Assembly (NCBI GenBank): GCA_964016885.1
Contig: OZ024741.1
Location: 372,372,001-372,436,000 of the forward strand
DNA length: 64,000 bases
Direction: 5' to 3'
Source of the DNA: Eledone cirrhosa
Taxonomy: Eukaryota
Positions 27,272 through 39,323 of this stretch are shown piece after piece. The notes below the pieces were generated by a model, which had not been told where the DNA came from, ran no database searches, and saw nothing but the letters and a program-made list of their open reading frames with translations. The position numbers and the translations under genes are program-made. Position 1 is the first letter of the stretch. Every line of letters begins with the position of its first letter.

Positions 27272-28633
27272 TGATAGATAGATAGATAGATATGTTTCTT
27301 TTATTTGCCACAAGGGCATCAAAAGTGGGACAAGTACAATGGGGGGAGTTTACAAAACAAGGCGTCCTCAATAGGGAGGAGGCAATAACAATATATAAAA
27401 ATAAAATAAAATATAACAAAAAATAGAATTATAACAAAATCCTCAATAGAGGATTTTGTTATAAAATATAACAAAAAATAAAATTTATAACAAAATCCTC
27501 AATAGAGAGGAGGCGCCTTGGGGGTCGCACACACCCCCGAAAAAAGTGTGCAACCCTTTTCCTCAGGAGCACAGAGAGGGGGTGCTCCCTCGTTCCTTCC
27601 TCTTTTCCACCTACAGGCTTATGTAAAGAGAAGGCCCATTCACACGGGCCATTCTCGCCACTTTCACCCACCTTTCATAAAAACGACTGGGGTGCAGCAC
27701 CTCTCTCTCCATCCTGATCCTTCTTCCGAAATGATATCGGAAGAAACGGACCAGTTGTTGGCCAGAGAGAAAGGTGCCTGACCTCAGTCCTTTCAGACGC
27801 GTCCACCATACAACCTCTTTCGCCATGGCTATTACGCACAGAAACACCGCCTCTGCTTCATCTTTGAAGGGGGGAGGCGGCTTGATCATTACAATAGACT
27901 CGGTGGTCAACCGGATCGGTCCCACCCTTGACAGCAGTTGTTCGACATAGCCCCACAGATCGGCTACGCCCGAGCAGTGTACCAATGCGTGTGCAACGGT
28001 TTCCTCGTCGCACACGCATCTGGGACAGATCTTTTTGGCGGGGTCCCTACACGGGCGCCTGTGTCTGTAGAGCCTTTCTCGAACGGGTAAAGCTCCTCGG
28101 TAGCACTGACAGGCCAGGGACTTCTGGAAGTTGTCCATAGGTCCCGGGCTGAATGTCCTACCGAACAGGCTGGCCAGTTCGTCCTCCTCCATGTCTAGGG
28201 CTTCTCCGAGGGCGTCGTCGCACCTGCTGCGTACCAGCCCTCTATAGAATGTTGCGGTGGAGTCTCCACTGATAACCGGATCCGCCTGCCAGAGGGCGGT
28301 GAGCGCCTGGGCACACTCAGTGTGCCAGGCGCCCAGTTTTCTCGGTCTTTGCTTGACCCAGGATTGCAGCTCGGTGAGTGAGACGAGTCTGGGAAAGGTT
28401 CGTCTCACAAACGAGGCCCACACCGGTTGTCCGGTGAGGAATACGTAGAGGTGCCGTAGCCTTAATGCGTGTTTACGCATCATTAGCCACGGCATCCCCA
28501 GCCCTCCTTTCGAAGGGTGTTGACAGCAGATGGATCTCCTCACCATAGGAGCCCGCCTCTTCCAAAGGAATTGGAAGAGCGCGCGCTCCATCTTGGTGAG
28601 GGTTTCCCTTGGGCAGGGCACTACGGTCAGGCG

Positions 28634-28714
<81 letters not shown>

Positions 28715-29778
28715 TGATAGATAGATAGATAGATATGTTTCTTTTATTTGCCACAAGGGCATCAAAAGTGGGACAAGTACAATGGGGGGAGTTTACAAAA
28801 CAAGGCGTCCTCAATAGGGAGGAGGCAATAACAATATATAAAAATAAAATAAAATATAACAAAAAATAGAATTATAACAAAATCCTCAATAGAGGATTTT
28901 GTTATAAAATATAACAAAAAATAAAATTTATAACAAAATCCTCAATAGAGAGGAGGCGCCTTGGGGGTCGCACACACCCCCGAAAAAAGTGTGCAACCCT
29001 TTTCCTCAGGAGCACAGAGAGGGGGTGCTCCCTCGTTCCTTCCTCTTTTCCACCTACAGGCTTATGTAAAGAGAAGGCCCATTCACACGGGCCATTCTCG
29101 CCACTTTCACCCACCTTTCATAAAAACGACTGGGGTGCAGCACCTCTCTCTCCATCCTGATCCTTCTTCCGAAATGATATCGGAAGAAACGGACCAGTTG
29201 TTGGCCAGAGAGAAAGGTGCCTGACCTCAGTCCTTTCAGACGCGTCCACCATACAACCTCTTTCGCCATGGCTATTACGCACAGAAACACCGCCTCTGCT
29301 TCATCTTTGAAGGGGGGAGGCGGCTTGATCATTACAATAGACTCGGTGGTCAACCGGATCGGTCCCACCCTTGACAGCAGTTGTTCGACATAGCCCCACA
29401 GATCGGCTACGCCCGAGCAGTGTACCAATGCGTGTGCAACGGTTTCCTCGTCGCACACGCATCTGGGACAGATCTTTTTGGCGGGGTCCCTACACGGGCG
29501 CCTGTGTCTGTAGAGCCTTTCTCGAACGGGTAAAGCTCCTCGGTAGCACTGACAGGCCAGGGACTTCTGGAAGTTGTCCATAGGTCCCGGGCTGAATGTC
29601 CTACCGAACAGGCTGGCCAGTTCGTCCTCCTCCATGTCTAGGGCTTCTCCGAGGGCGTCGTCGCACCTGCTGCGTACCAGCCCTCTATAGAATGTTGCGG
29701 TGGAGTCTCCACTGATAACTGGATCCGCCTGCCAGAGGGCGGTGAGCGCCTGGGCACACTCAGTGTGCCAGGCGCCCA
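25849..29778 (-). mobile_element. Three tandem subfamily-B Tx1 3' fragments (1443-bp period, last one shorter)
   Basis: Identical ORFs 26168-27322 and 27611-28765 and partial 29054-29635, separated by (GATA)n. Confidence 0.95.
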
Positions 29779-30102
29779 GATAGATAGATAGATAGATAGG
29801 TAGGTAGGTAGGTAGTTAGGTAGGTAGATAGATAGTTGTATATATAGATAGATTAATAGTTATAGAGATAGACTGACAGACAGATAGATAGATATATAGA
29901 TCGATATATATATATAGAGAGAGAGGCGGGGTAAAGAGAAAGAGAGAGAGAGGTTGATTAAAAAAGGAAGGTCAGTGTTAATTTACTTATATTCTTTTAC
30001 AGATTTTAATGGTTGAACTGTAGTTAGAGTGTTGCATTAGATGTTCCAATGCATTAGATTAGTGAGCCACACTAATTTAAACACACACATATATGTATTT
30101 AT

Positions 30103-30190
<88 letters not shown>

Positions 30191-30241
30191 GAAAAAACGA
30201 GGAAGTTTCGTTTATATATGAAAAATATGTATTGCGTATCG

Positions 30242-30333
30242 ACCTGTTACGCGCGTTTCGCAGAGGATTGGTTCAAGATGACCGAAAGGAGTTATGGAGC
30301 CGACTCCAGCATCGATCTGCTCCTCAGACTGGT
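30242..30333 (-). ncRNA. Type I hammerhead ribozyme with extended stem II
   Basis: accagt-CTGAGGA-gcaga...tctgc-GAAA-cgcgc-GTA-acaggt. Stem II has 5 bp, stem I 5 of 6 bp, and loop III is the palindrome GCGC. Confidence 0.8.
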
Positions 30334-30446
30334 GATGCGACAAAAGATAAACGAAACTTCCTCGCTTTTTCTATTATATACATTCTGCCTGTGCATAGAG
30401 TGCTTGCTTTGGTACCAACACCAGTATTTCATCGTACTACCTACAC

Positions 30447-30537
<91 letters not shown>

Positions 30538-30683
30538 TTTGAGTATGTGTTGGTTGTTTACCGACACCTCAGTATGCAGGTTGGAGCACTCGACGAAGTA
30601 CGCAGGTTGGTTTGTTTACTCCGGAGTAATGTAAAATAAGTAAGTCAAACATGTTAAATTTGGCTTCGTTTATTACAAATTCT

Positions 30684-30736
30684 CTGCTATATATATTTCA
30701 GTGACAACTATTATTGGCTGTGACCTCTTCAGGCAG
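30684..30736 (-). ncRNA. Type I hammerhead ribozyme, family F (element about 30536-30860)
   Basis: ctgc-CTGAAGA-ggtcacagcc...agttgtcact-GAAA-tatata-TA-gcag; homolog of 57743-57797. Confidence 0.75.
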
Positions 30737-30856
30737 TACGAATTAATGTAGGAAAAACAGGTAAACATGGTGTTGAAATGTGTTCCAATCTGTCAATTCA
30801 TCGATATGTCCAGCTCCTGGGTGGGTGTGTAGTTAGTCCTCCGAGGAACTGGAATC

Positions 30857-30917
<61 letters not shown>

Positions 30918-31144
30918 ACGGTAAGCCAGCCGCATGGACCAAAGCAACGAGAAAACTGACTCAGGATAATTATTATTGTTCCCTGAGGCTGGCTTACCGG
31001 TCGCAATCTTCAATTTGCAAAGCTGTCTAAACGTAATGTTATTACTCTAAGGTAAAACTACCTTATTGAGTGCTTAGCTGCACATTCCGATTGCATTCGT
31101 TAGCTGAGCTGCAGCCAGAGCTTCGATTATGCTGTCCTTCCATT

Positions 31145-31550
<406 letters not shown>

Positions 31551-31566
31551 ATATATATATATATAG

Positions 31567-31990
31567 TACTGGCTGGGTGTCCGTAAAGGTAGTAGTGGGG
31601 TTCCGACATGGAAATACTGGGTTTGATGCGCGAGCGCGCGGTAAGCTCACCGGGAGCGAGAGACCTCTAGTTCTTGACATTATTCTAGAGAGAAAACTCT
31701 GATATAAAAACTGCCACCTGATGGCAGCCAATGATATTGACCTGTTCTTTTGGAAACCTGTAACCGTTGTTCAGAGAGTAAGATTAGTCCAGTGTAAGGC
31801 CTTTCTACCCTTAAAATAATGTCAAGCACAGGCTTCACTGGATCTGAATAACTTTCACGTGTGTTGCGTGTGCATGGAATTTCAATATTTTTTTGTTTTT
31901 TGTCTTTTGCTGAAGCCTATGCAGAAAGGAATCTAAGTCCTTGGCAGGGCTAAAAATCATGTTCGTGCCAGCCAGGCTTGAGAAAAAGGT
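31567..31990 (+). mobile_element. Diverged non-autonomous element containing the RTE 5'-UTR domain
   Basis: 31650-31835 aligns by eye with 1550-1745 and 62828-63030 (tctag.aga..aaaactc.ga.a.aa, caatgat.ttgac, cagagagt, gcacaggc). Confidence 0.65.
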
Positions 31991-32245
31991 AACATACATA
32001 CATACAGGCGCCTGTAGGCGTATGAGAGTGTATATATGTGTGCGCACATGTGTCTGTCTGTGTGTACGTCTATGGGCTGTATGTATGCACGGATGTATGC
32101 AGGTATGTACACCTAAACGTGTACAAGAGTGCCCGTAAGGACATATATACACACACACCACGCACAATTGCGAGTGTCTGTAATTATATATGTGTGTGCG
32201 TGTGTGTCTATGTCCATGTGTGTGTACATATGTATATATGGGTGC

Positions 32246-32282
<37 letters not shown>

Positions 32283-32994
32283 GATATACACTTAGGCTTG
32301 GATGTGTGCCTGTGTACGCGCGGGTATATGTATGTGTGTGTATATATATGTATATGTGCGGGTCCGTGTATATGTCTGTCAATGTGTATGCATGTACATA
32401 TGTATGAGGGTGTGAATATATGTATGTGTACGTGTATGCGCACGCGTGTGCGCGTACGTGCTGGTGTGTGTGTACATGTCCGCACAAATGCATGTGTGAT
32501 CATGAGCTCACAGTGTCTGTGAGTACACGTATATGTGGGTGGGTGTATGTCGAGGTACGTGCAAACTAGGGACAGGCAAGGCAGATCAGAACCCCCTGCC
32601 CACGTAGCAGTAATTCTGGCGACAGAGTTAAGGTGAGTGACAGCTCACGCCTGAATGGAAATAGACAGTGGGCAGTTTTGAATGGTCAAACATACAGATG
32701 ACGACTCGAACTCTTGACCAATGGATGGGCCGCGTAAACAGGATGATGACGGATGGAGGAAATTCAAAAGGACGGAATACATCAGACAGAAGATTTGCTT
32801 CGAAGTCGCTAGACGTATCTGAGGAACTTGCGAATCCAGAGTCAGGTCGATCCACAAATAGATCGGACCTCGAGCTGTTCGCCGGAGAAACAATACTAAT
32901 ACGTTAATAAATTGTGTTTCAATGCATCGCTGATTCTTCGTTTTCCATATTACATACATAGAAATAGTCGGGCTGGACACTCGATCGTCGGTAT

Positions 32995-33465
32995 ACATAT
33001 ATGTATGTACGTGTACATACTTATATTTAAGTAACAGCCGTACTAAGAGTGATAAATGAAATTTCGTTTCATCTTTTCCGTTTATCGTTTTCGGTGCGCC
33101 CGGCCGATTAACTCACTCAATATGCAAATTAGGCTGCTCAGCCGTTAATATGCATAAGGAAAGTATATACTTTCAGACGTTCAATCATCTGGCAGGGAGG
33201 TATACGGTGCTGACGATAGCTAATAAGCTTGAAACTAGTACATCGTTCCTTTGTCAGTGTTTGTCAGTGTTGAACAAAAGGGCAACGATGGTTGCTAAAC
33301 ACTGTACGGCTTAATTCGGGATGTTTATTTACAAACACAACGAGCATTATAATAAATGTTCGGTAATCCATACGTACATATATATATGTGTGCATGTATG
33401 TATATATATATACATACTACTGTACGTCTGTATACATATATGTATGTACGTATACATACTTATCT
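32995..33465 (+). mobile_element. Hammerhead retrozyme-like element, family D (about 1.07 monomers)
   Basis: Terminal direct repeat acatatatgtatgtacgt.tacatacttat at 32995 and 33434 (period 439). Hammerhead at 33204-33246. Confidence 0.85.
33204..33246 (+). ncRNA. Minimal type I hammerhead ribozyme (family D)
   Basis: acggtg-CTGACGA-t-agct-aata-agct-t-GAAA-ctag-TA-catcgt. Confidence 0.85.
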
Positions 33466-33491
33466 ATATATATTTGTTTGTTTTGTAGGTT

Positions 33492-33557
<66 letters not shown>

Positions 33558-34171
33558 AACCTACAAAAGAAACAAGCGTGTTTTATAGGAAAGAGAGAGA
33601 GAGAGAGAGAGAACAAAACGAGCGAAGGAGAACAGTGGGTGAGGGAGAAACCGAGGAGAGAACGTAAAGAGAGGAGTGAGAAAAGTGAGAGAGAGAGAGA
33701 GAAGCCGAGGAGATACAAGTCAAGGAGAGAAAGGAAGAGAGAGAAAGGAAGAAAGAGAAAGGAGGAGAGTGAAAGGAGAGGAGATAGACCGAAAAGAGAG
33801 AAGGAGTGAGAGAGAATCCAGGGAGAGAAAGGAGGGGAGAGAGTAAAAAGAGAGGAGTGATAGAAGTGTGAGAGAGAGAAGCCGGGGAGGGAAAGGAAGA
33901 TAGAGAAAGGGAGAGAAGGAAAGGAGAGAGAGAAAGGAAGGGAGAGAACGGAAGAGAGAGAGAAAGGAGGAGAGAGATAGGAAGGGAGAGAGAGCGAGAG
34001 AGACTGGAATACGCGGACATTTTAGAATCTAAAAAGAATAAAGTAGAGCAGCTACACACATTCACAAAGGAATGAATAGAAAGGGTAAGTGAAAGGAGTG
34101 ATTTGTGAGGAAAATAATGAGTTGATTAGAAGAGGTAGAGGTGAGATAACTGAAGTAGGCAGTCATATGTT

Positions 34172-34249
<78 letters not shown>

Positions 34250-34256
<7 letters not shown>

Positions 34257-34400
34257 TATTTTGCAATACACTGTATGCTTAATTAAAAGCATTTCGAAGA
34301 CCTTATGCTATTGTTTTAGAGTAGTGACAGTCTCACTTACTTTAATTTTCAGCAAACCTGTTTGCTGAAAATTAAAGTATTGCAAAATACACTATATATA
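34250..34400. mobile_element. Fold-back family C copy
   Basis: Terminal inverted repeat tatagtgtattttgcaatac and inner hairpin actttaattttcagcaaac/gtttgctgaaaattaaagt; homologous to 58410-58596. Confidence 0.75.
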
Positions 34401-34432
34401 TATCGCTATTTCAGAGCACCAATTCTAATTTT

Positions 34433-34501
<69 letters not shown>

Positions 34502-34543
34502 AAAGAATAGAAGTGTAACACACTAGTTGTGATATATTAGTAA

Positions 34544-34853
34544 AAGGAAAAGAAAATGCTGACAAATTGTCCCCAGTGAAAAATAGTTTAATCAGGAATA
34601 AGTAAAAATCAGTAATAAGTATTGGTTAGTATTCAGTTTTAGTTTTAAGTTTTTACCGGTTGCGCATTTCTAATGCTTTTCAACATCACGGGCGCTCTAT
34701 CTCAAACTTATTTTTGAAAAGCATTAGAAATGCGCAACCGGTAAAAACTTAAAACTAAAACTGAATACTAACCAATACTTATTACTAATTTTTACTTATT
34801 CCTAATTAAACTATTTTTCACTGGGAGCAATTTGTGAGCATTTTCTTTTCCTT
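34544..34853. repeat. Fold-back with ~140-bp arms and 30-nt loop, in (TA)n
   Basis: 34544-34683 is the reverse complement of 34714-34853 with few mismatches. Confidence 0.9.
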
Positions 34854-34932
34854 ATATATATATATATATTACTTTTTTACTCTTTTACCTGTTCCAGCCA
34901 TCCGGCTGAGGCCATGCTGGGGCACCGCCCTT

Positions 34933-35034
34933 AAAAAATATGGAAGGCTTTACAAATTTGCGTGTCATCCTTGCGCAGGGGCCATGCTAATCTTATCTGT
35001 ATCGTTCCAATTTTAGAATATGTACTGCCGTAGC
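34933..35034 (-). pseudogene. U6: U6 snRNA retropseudogene fused to a retroelement 3' tail
   Basis: Minus strand gctacggcagtacatattctaaaattggaacgatacagataagattagcatggcccctgcgcaaggatgacacgcaaatttgtaaagccttccatatttttt. ACAGAGA box is mutated to ACAGATA, the first few nucleotides are missing, and no promoter is visible upstream. Confidence 0.95.
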
Positions 35035-35084
35035 TATATATATATATATATATATGTTTCCATTGGTCTTTCCAATTGCTAATA

Positions 35085-35237
35085 CTATCTATCTATCGGT
35101 CGCAACTCCAGGTAGAAGGAGCAACGTGAAATAAAGTGTCTTGCTCAAGGACATAACGTATCGTCCAGTCCGGGAATCGAACTGACAACCTCACGATTAC
35201 GAATCCAGTTCTCTAACCCATCAGCCACACGCCTTCA
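35085..35237 (-). mobile_element. tRNA-derived SINE (Meta/V-type core), partial
   Basis: Reverse complement gttcgattccc...tgtccttgagcaagacactttatttcacgttgctcc. Confidence 0.75.
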
Positions 35238-35266
35238 TATATATATATAGCAAGTATATATATATG

Positions 35267-35301
<35 letters not shown>

Positions 35302-35774
35302 GTGATCGGGCTGGGGCCGTGTCTTTAGTATTTAAATGGATCCTGAGTTCCACCCATCAGTGAAATGGTCGTAACTGTGTATAATCGATAAACACCTTAA
35401 CCTCCCGATATATGTGTCTGTCTGTGCCTGTGTGTGTATGTGTGTGTATGTATGTGTATGTGTATATATATATATGTGTGTGTATATATATATATATATA
35501 TTGTATAATTTCTTTTAATTGGGTGTTAGGGTTATACAGACCATTCCATCGGGCGTAAGGGGTTTTCTGCTCCAGTGAAAAGCTGCAGTAGGCCTAAAGT
35601 TGTTCAACACGTGGTTACGTCGTTTGAAACACTCCTGCCATCTGTCGACAGCATATGTTGTATGTGAATGGCTGTGTTCTGCTGAACCAAACAACCTTAC
35701 AGTCGATATAGATTTAGCTACGATAGAAAGTCTGATCGGACAACTGTACGTAAATGTGCACGGCTTTATCTCTC

Positions 35775-35809
<35 letters not shown>

Positions 35810-36166
35810 ATATATATATGCTTGCACACATATACACAAGTACACGCACAGACATACACAGATTGAGTGAGTGAGTGAGACAAAGGAGGAAAAGGATTAG
35901 AAATACTAAGAGAAAAAAGATGCAAAGAAAAGTGCAAGAATGAGAAGAGATGAAATAATCAAAGGAAAGAACAAAGAGAGATATTTTTGTTGTGTTGTCT
36001 TTTCTTTTTCATCTAATAGACATTTACAATATCACAGCACATTGAAGTGGCCGTGAACAAGCAGGCTGATAGAGTGGGGCCGTTTATACATTACTAAACG
36101 ATCTGTATGTCTAATATTTACTGTGTACATACATGAAACCTGTATATATATATATATATATATACG

Positions 36167-36265
<99 letters not shown>

Positions 36266-36289
36266 GTATATATATATATATACGTATAT

Positions 36290-36349
<60 letters not shown>

Positions 36350-36397
36350 GTATATATATATATATATATATATATGCGTATACATATATATATACTC

Positions 36398-36453
<56 letters not shown>

Positions 36454-36501
36454 GTATATATACATATTTATATATATATACGTATATATATATATATATA
36501 C

Positions 36502-36622
<121 letters not shown>

Positions 36623-36728
36623 TACGTATATATATATATACGTATATATATATATATATACGTATATATATATTCGTATATATTTGTGTTGGTGTGCATA
36701 TGTATGTGTGTATATGTGCATATGATAT

Positions 36729-36964
36729 GAAGACGTGTGGCTTAGTGTTGAAGATGATCGTCTCGCGGTTGTAAGATCATCGGTTCGATTCTCACCGGCA
36801 TGTTGTGTCCTTGAGCAAGATACTTTATTTCACGTTGTTCCAGTCCTCTCGGCTAGTAAAAATGAGTTAATTGTACCTGTAATACATAGAATTCAGCACT
36901 GACACAAGTTGTGTCACGCTGTTGATTTTACTTGGAGAGTGAAGAGTTCACATATACGCAAGTG

Positions 36965-36965
<1 letters not shown>
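36729..36965 (+). mobile_element. tRNA-derived SINE (Meta/V-type core)
   Basis: tggcttagtg A box, ggttcgattct B box, core ttgtgtccttgagcaagatactttatttcacgttg. Confidence 0.75.
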
Positions 36966-37010
<45 letters not shown>

Positions 37011-37145
37011 TATTTATATATATATATATATATAAAGAGAGAGAGAGAGAGAAGCGGTATAAACACGACCGTGACGCAAAGCGGTTTCGGCTTGTGTCTA
37101 ACAAACCTTTTGCAAAGGTGATCTTCCCGGTCTTAGCACCACATT

Positions 37146-37265
<120 letters not shown>

Positions 37266-37599
37266 TATATGGTAATACGTTATGACTTTGAGCAAAGCAC
37301 TTTATTTCACGTTGCTCCAGTTAACTCAGCTGTAGAAATGAGTTGGACGGCATTGCTGCCCAGCTGTGTCGGCCATTATCTTTCCCTTGGATAACATCGG
37401 TGACGTGGAGAGGAGAGACTGGTATGTATGAGCGACTGGTGGCCTTCCACAATCAACCTTGCGCGGACTTGTGACCCGGAGGGGAATATTCTAGGTCATT
37501 TGTGACCGAAGGGGCTCTTTACTCTTTATATATATATAATTGCTGGCCTTGTGATAATTACTTGAGATAATTGCTGGCCTTGTGCTAAAAGTAGAAACA

Positions 37600-37628
37600 A
37601 TTATTAATATTCGAAAAACTCAGATTAC

Positions 37629-37678
<50 letters not shown>

Positions 37679-38120
37679 TTTTTTATTTGAATTTGGCAAA
37701 GCCACCCATTTATCGCTCGTATACAGGAAACGGGCCAGTCTGCTGATATGCAAATCTGGTTGATCAGTCGATCTGTTAATATGCAGATCTGACTGATCAG
37801 CCAGTCCGCTAATATGCAAATCAGGCCGATCAGTCACTGTGTATTTTTGAAAATAGCATATATTTTCACTAGCTCTGACAGTTTGGTAGGTGAACAGTGA
37901 GCTGTACTGATGAAGGGTGATACCCAGAAACATTAGTGTCTGCAGTTCTGTTCACATGCCAACACAAGAGCAAGAATGGAGGGTTCATTCTACTGACATG
38001 GCTATAAAATTGAGGAATGTTTGCATAATTGCAAACGAATCGAATGTTATTATTAATATTCGAAAAACTCAGATTACATTTATTGTACTCATCCATGTAA
38101 AGCGGACATGTTCTTTATAT
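37600..38120 (+). mobile_element. Hammerhead retrozyme-like element, family E
   Basis: Direct repeat tattaatattcgaaaaactcagattacatttat at about 37602 and 38051 (period 449), three octamer-like repeats at 37732-37835, hammerhead at 37899. Confidence 0.7.
37899..37948 (+). ncRNA. Type I hammerhead ribozyme (family E)
   Basis: gagctgta-CTGATGA-a-gggt-gat-accc-a-GAAA-ca-ttag-tg-TC-tgcagttc. Stem I has 8 bp (2 G-U), stem II 4 bp, stem III 3 bp, and the cleavage site is GUC. Confidence 0.85.
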
Positions 38121-38435
38121 ATATACTTACACACGAACTACTGACCAAATGGGAATTGAACTAAGGATTTCAGGATCATGAAACAAATACTTTTACCACT
38201 AAGCCTTGCAACTTCACAAGATTGTTAGGCAACCATATCGGTGTGGCCTCCCCACAGCCCCGGCGGACAGAATGGAAAAGGCGTTTCCCCGGAGGACGGC
38301 AAGGGAGACGCACTGGAAAAGTCATTCCAGCTCGCGAGGCTCACACCTGGGGCTGGCCAGCTCAGCGCCTATGGTGGTGATATTTGGTATCAATGGGTTA
38401 AAAACATCTGTCAAATCAATTAGTGGTGAAGATGA

Positions 38436-38480
<45 letters not shown>

Positions 38481-38483
38481 CAT

Positions 38484-38868
38484 TAAGAAAGACATGAACG
38501 ACACCACAACACTTTGTTTTGAAAATGTTGAAAGTAGGTTTATAATTATGAATTTTCATAAGATCTTCATAGTTGTGTCTGTGGCCTAGTGGTAGGTGCT
38601 AGAAACGGTGGAGATGCTGACTTTGGGTTCAATCCTGGTCAAGAGGTACATGTAACCTTTTTCAGTTTTTATTTTACAACCAATAGAAAAAAACTGAAAA
38701 GGTTTACCGGGAACACCTACTACCGACCAGGATCGAACTTCAAACCAGGATCCCCACCGTCTATTATTCCTCCAACTAAGCCACCAAGACAGCTACGAAA
38801 GTATAATGAAAATTGATAATTATAAAGCTACTTTCAAAATCTAAGTGGTGTCGTTCATGTCTTTCCTA
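38484..38868. mobile_element. Palindromic MITE-like element with two convergent tRNA-like units
   Basis: 21-bp terminal inverted repeat gaaagacatgaacgacaccac; the whole element is an imperfect palindrome. Confidence 0.8.
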
Positions 38869-38899
38869 GAGCTATTAGTAATATTTAGGGTCGACTTCT

Positions 38900-39071
38900 G
38901 GTAGAGGGTCGGACGTCATGCTTTGCAGCACAAAGTTACGTTCCTTTACGGACTGAGATCAAATTCCGCCGAGGTTAACTTTGCCTTTCATCCTTACGGG
39001 GTCGATAAAATAAAGTACCAGTGATGTACTGGGTAATGGCTGGCTTTGTGTCAAAAGTAGAAACAATTATT
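38900..39071 (+). mobile_element. Nin/Deu-type SINE
   Basis: Core gttaactttgcctttcatccttacggggtcgataaaataaagtaccag. Confidence 0.75.
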
Positions 39072-39263
39072 GAAAGTCTCTGGATTTAACAAAATACATA
39101 ACATTTGATATTTTTCCGCAGCAATTTGATTGCACTGTTTTGTTTCCACTTATGTATTTTACGAAAATGTTATTTATTCATTATAAAAATTAAGTGATAG
39201 CATTCTATATGTAGGTGGGCCCCCTTCATCTGGCAACCAATATTTTTAGACCCAGTTCGCCAC

Positions 39264-39323
<60 letters not shown>

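Noticed and set aside
26168-28765. 384-aa ORFs starting in the 3' UTR and reading through (ATCT)n into the truncated ORF2
   Set aside because: (ATCT)n has no stop on that strand, so read-through is expected by chance.
34933-35034. Functional U6 gene
   Set aside because: ACAGAGA box mutated, 5' end clipped, upstream is TA repeat and a SINE rather than a promoter.
37067-37132. Hammerhead-like remnants here and at 7000-7093 and 12090-12165
   Set aside because: A GAAA-stem III-UH half is visible, but the CUGANGA box or stem I is missing; too degenerate to call.
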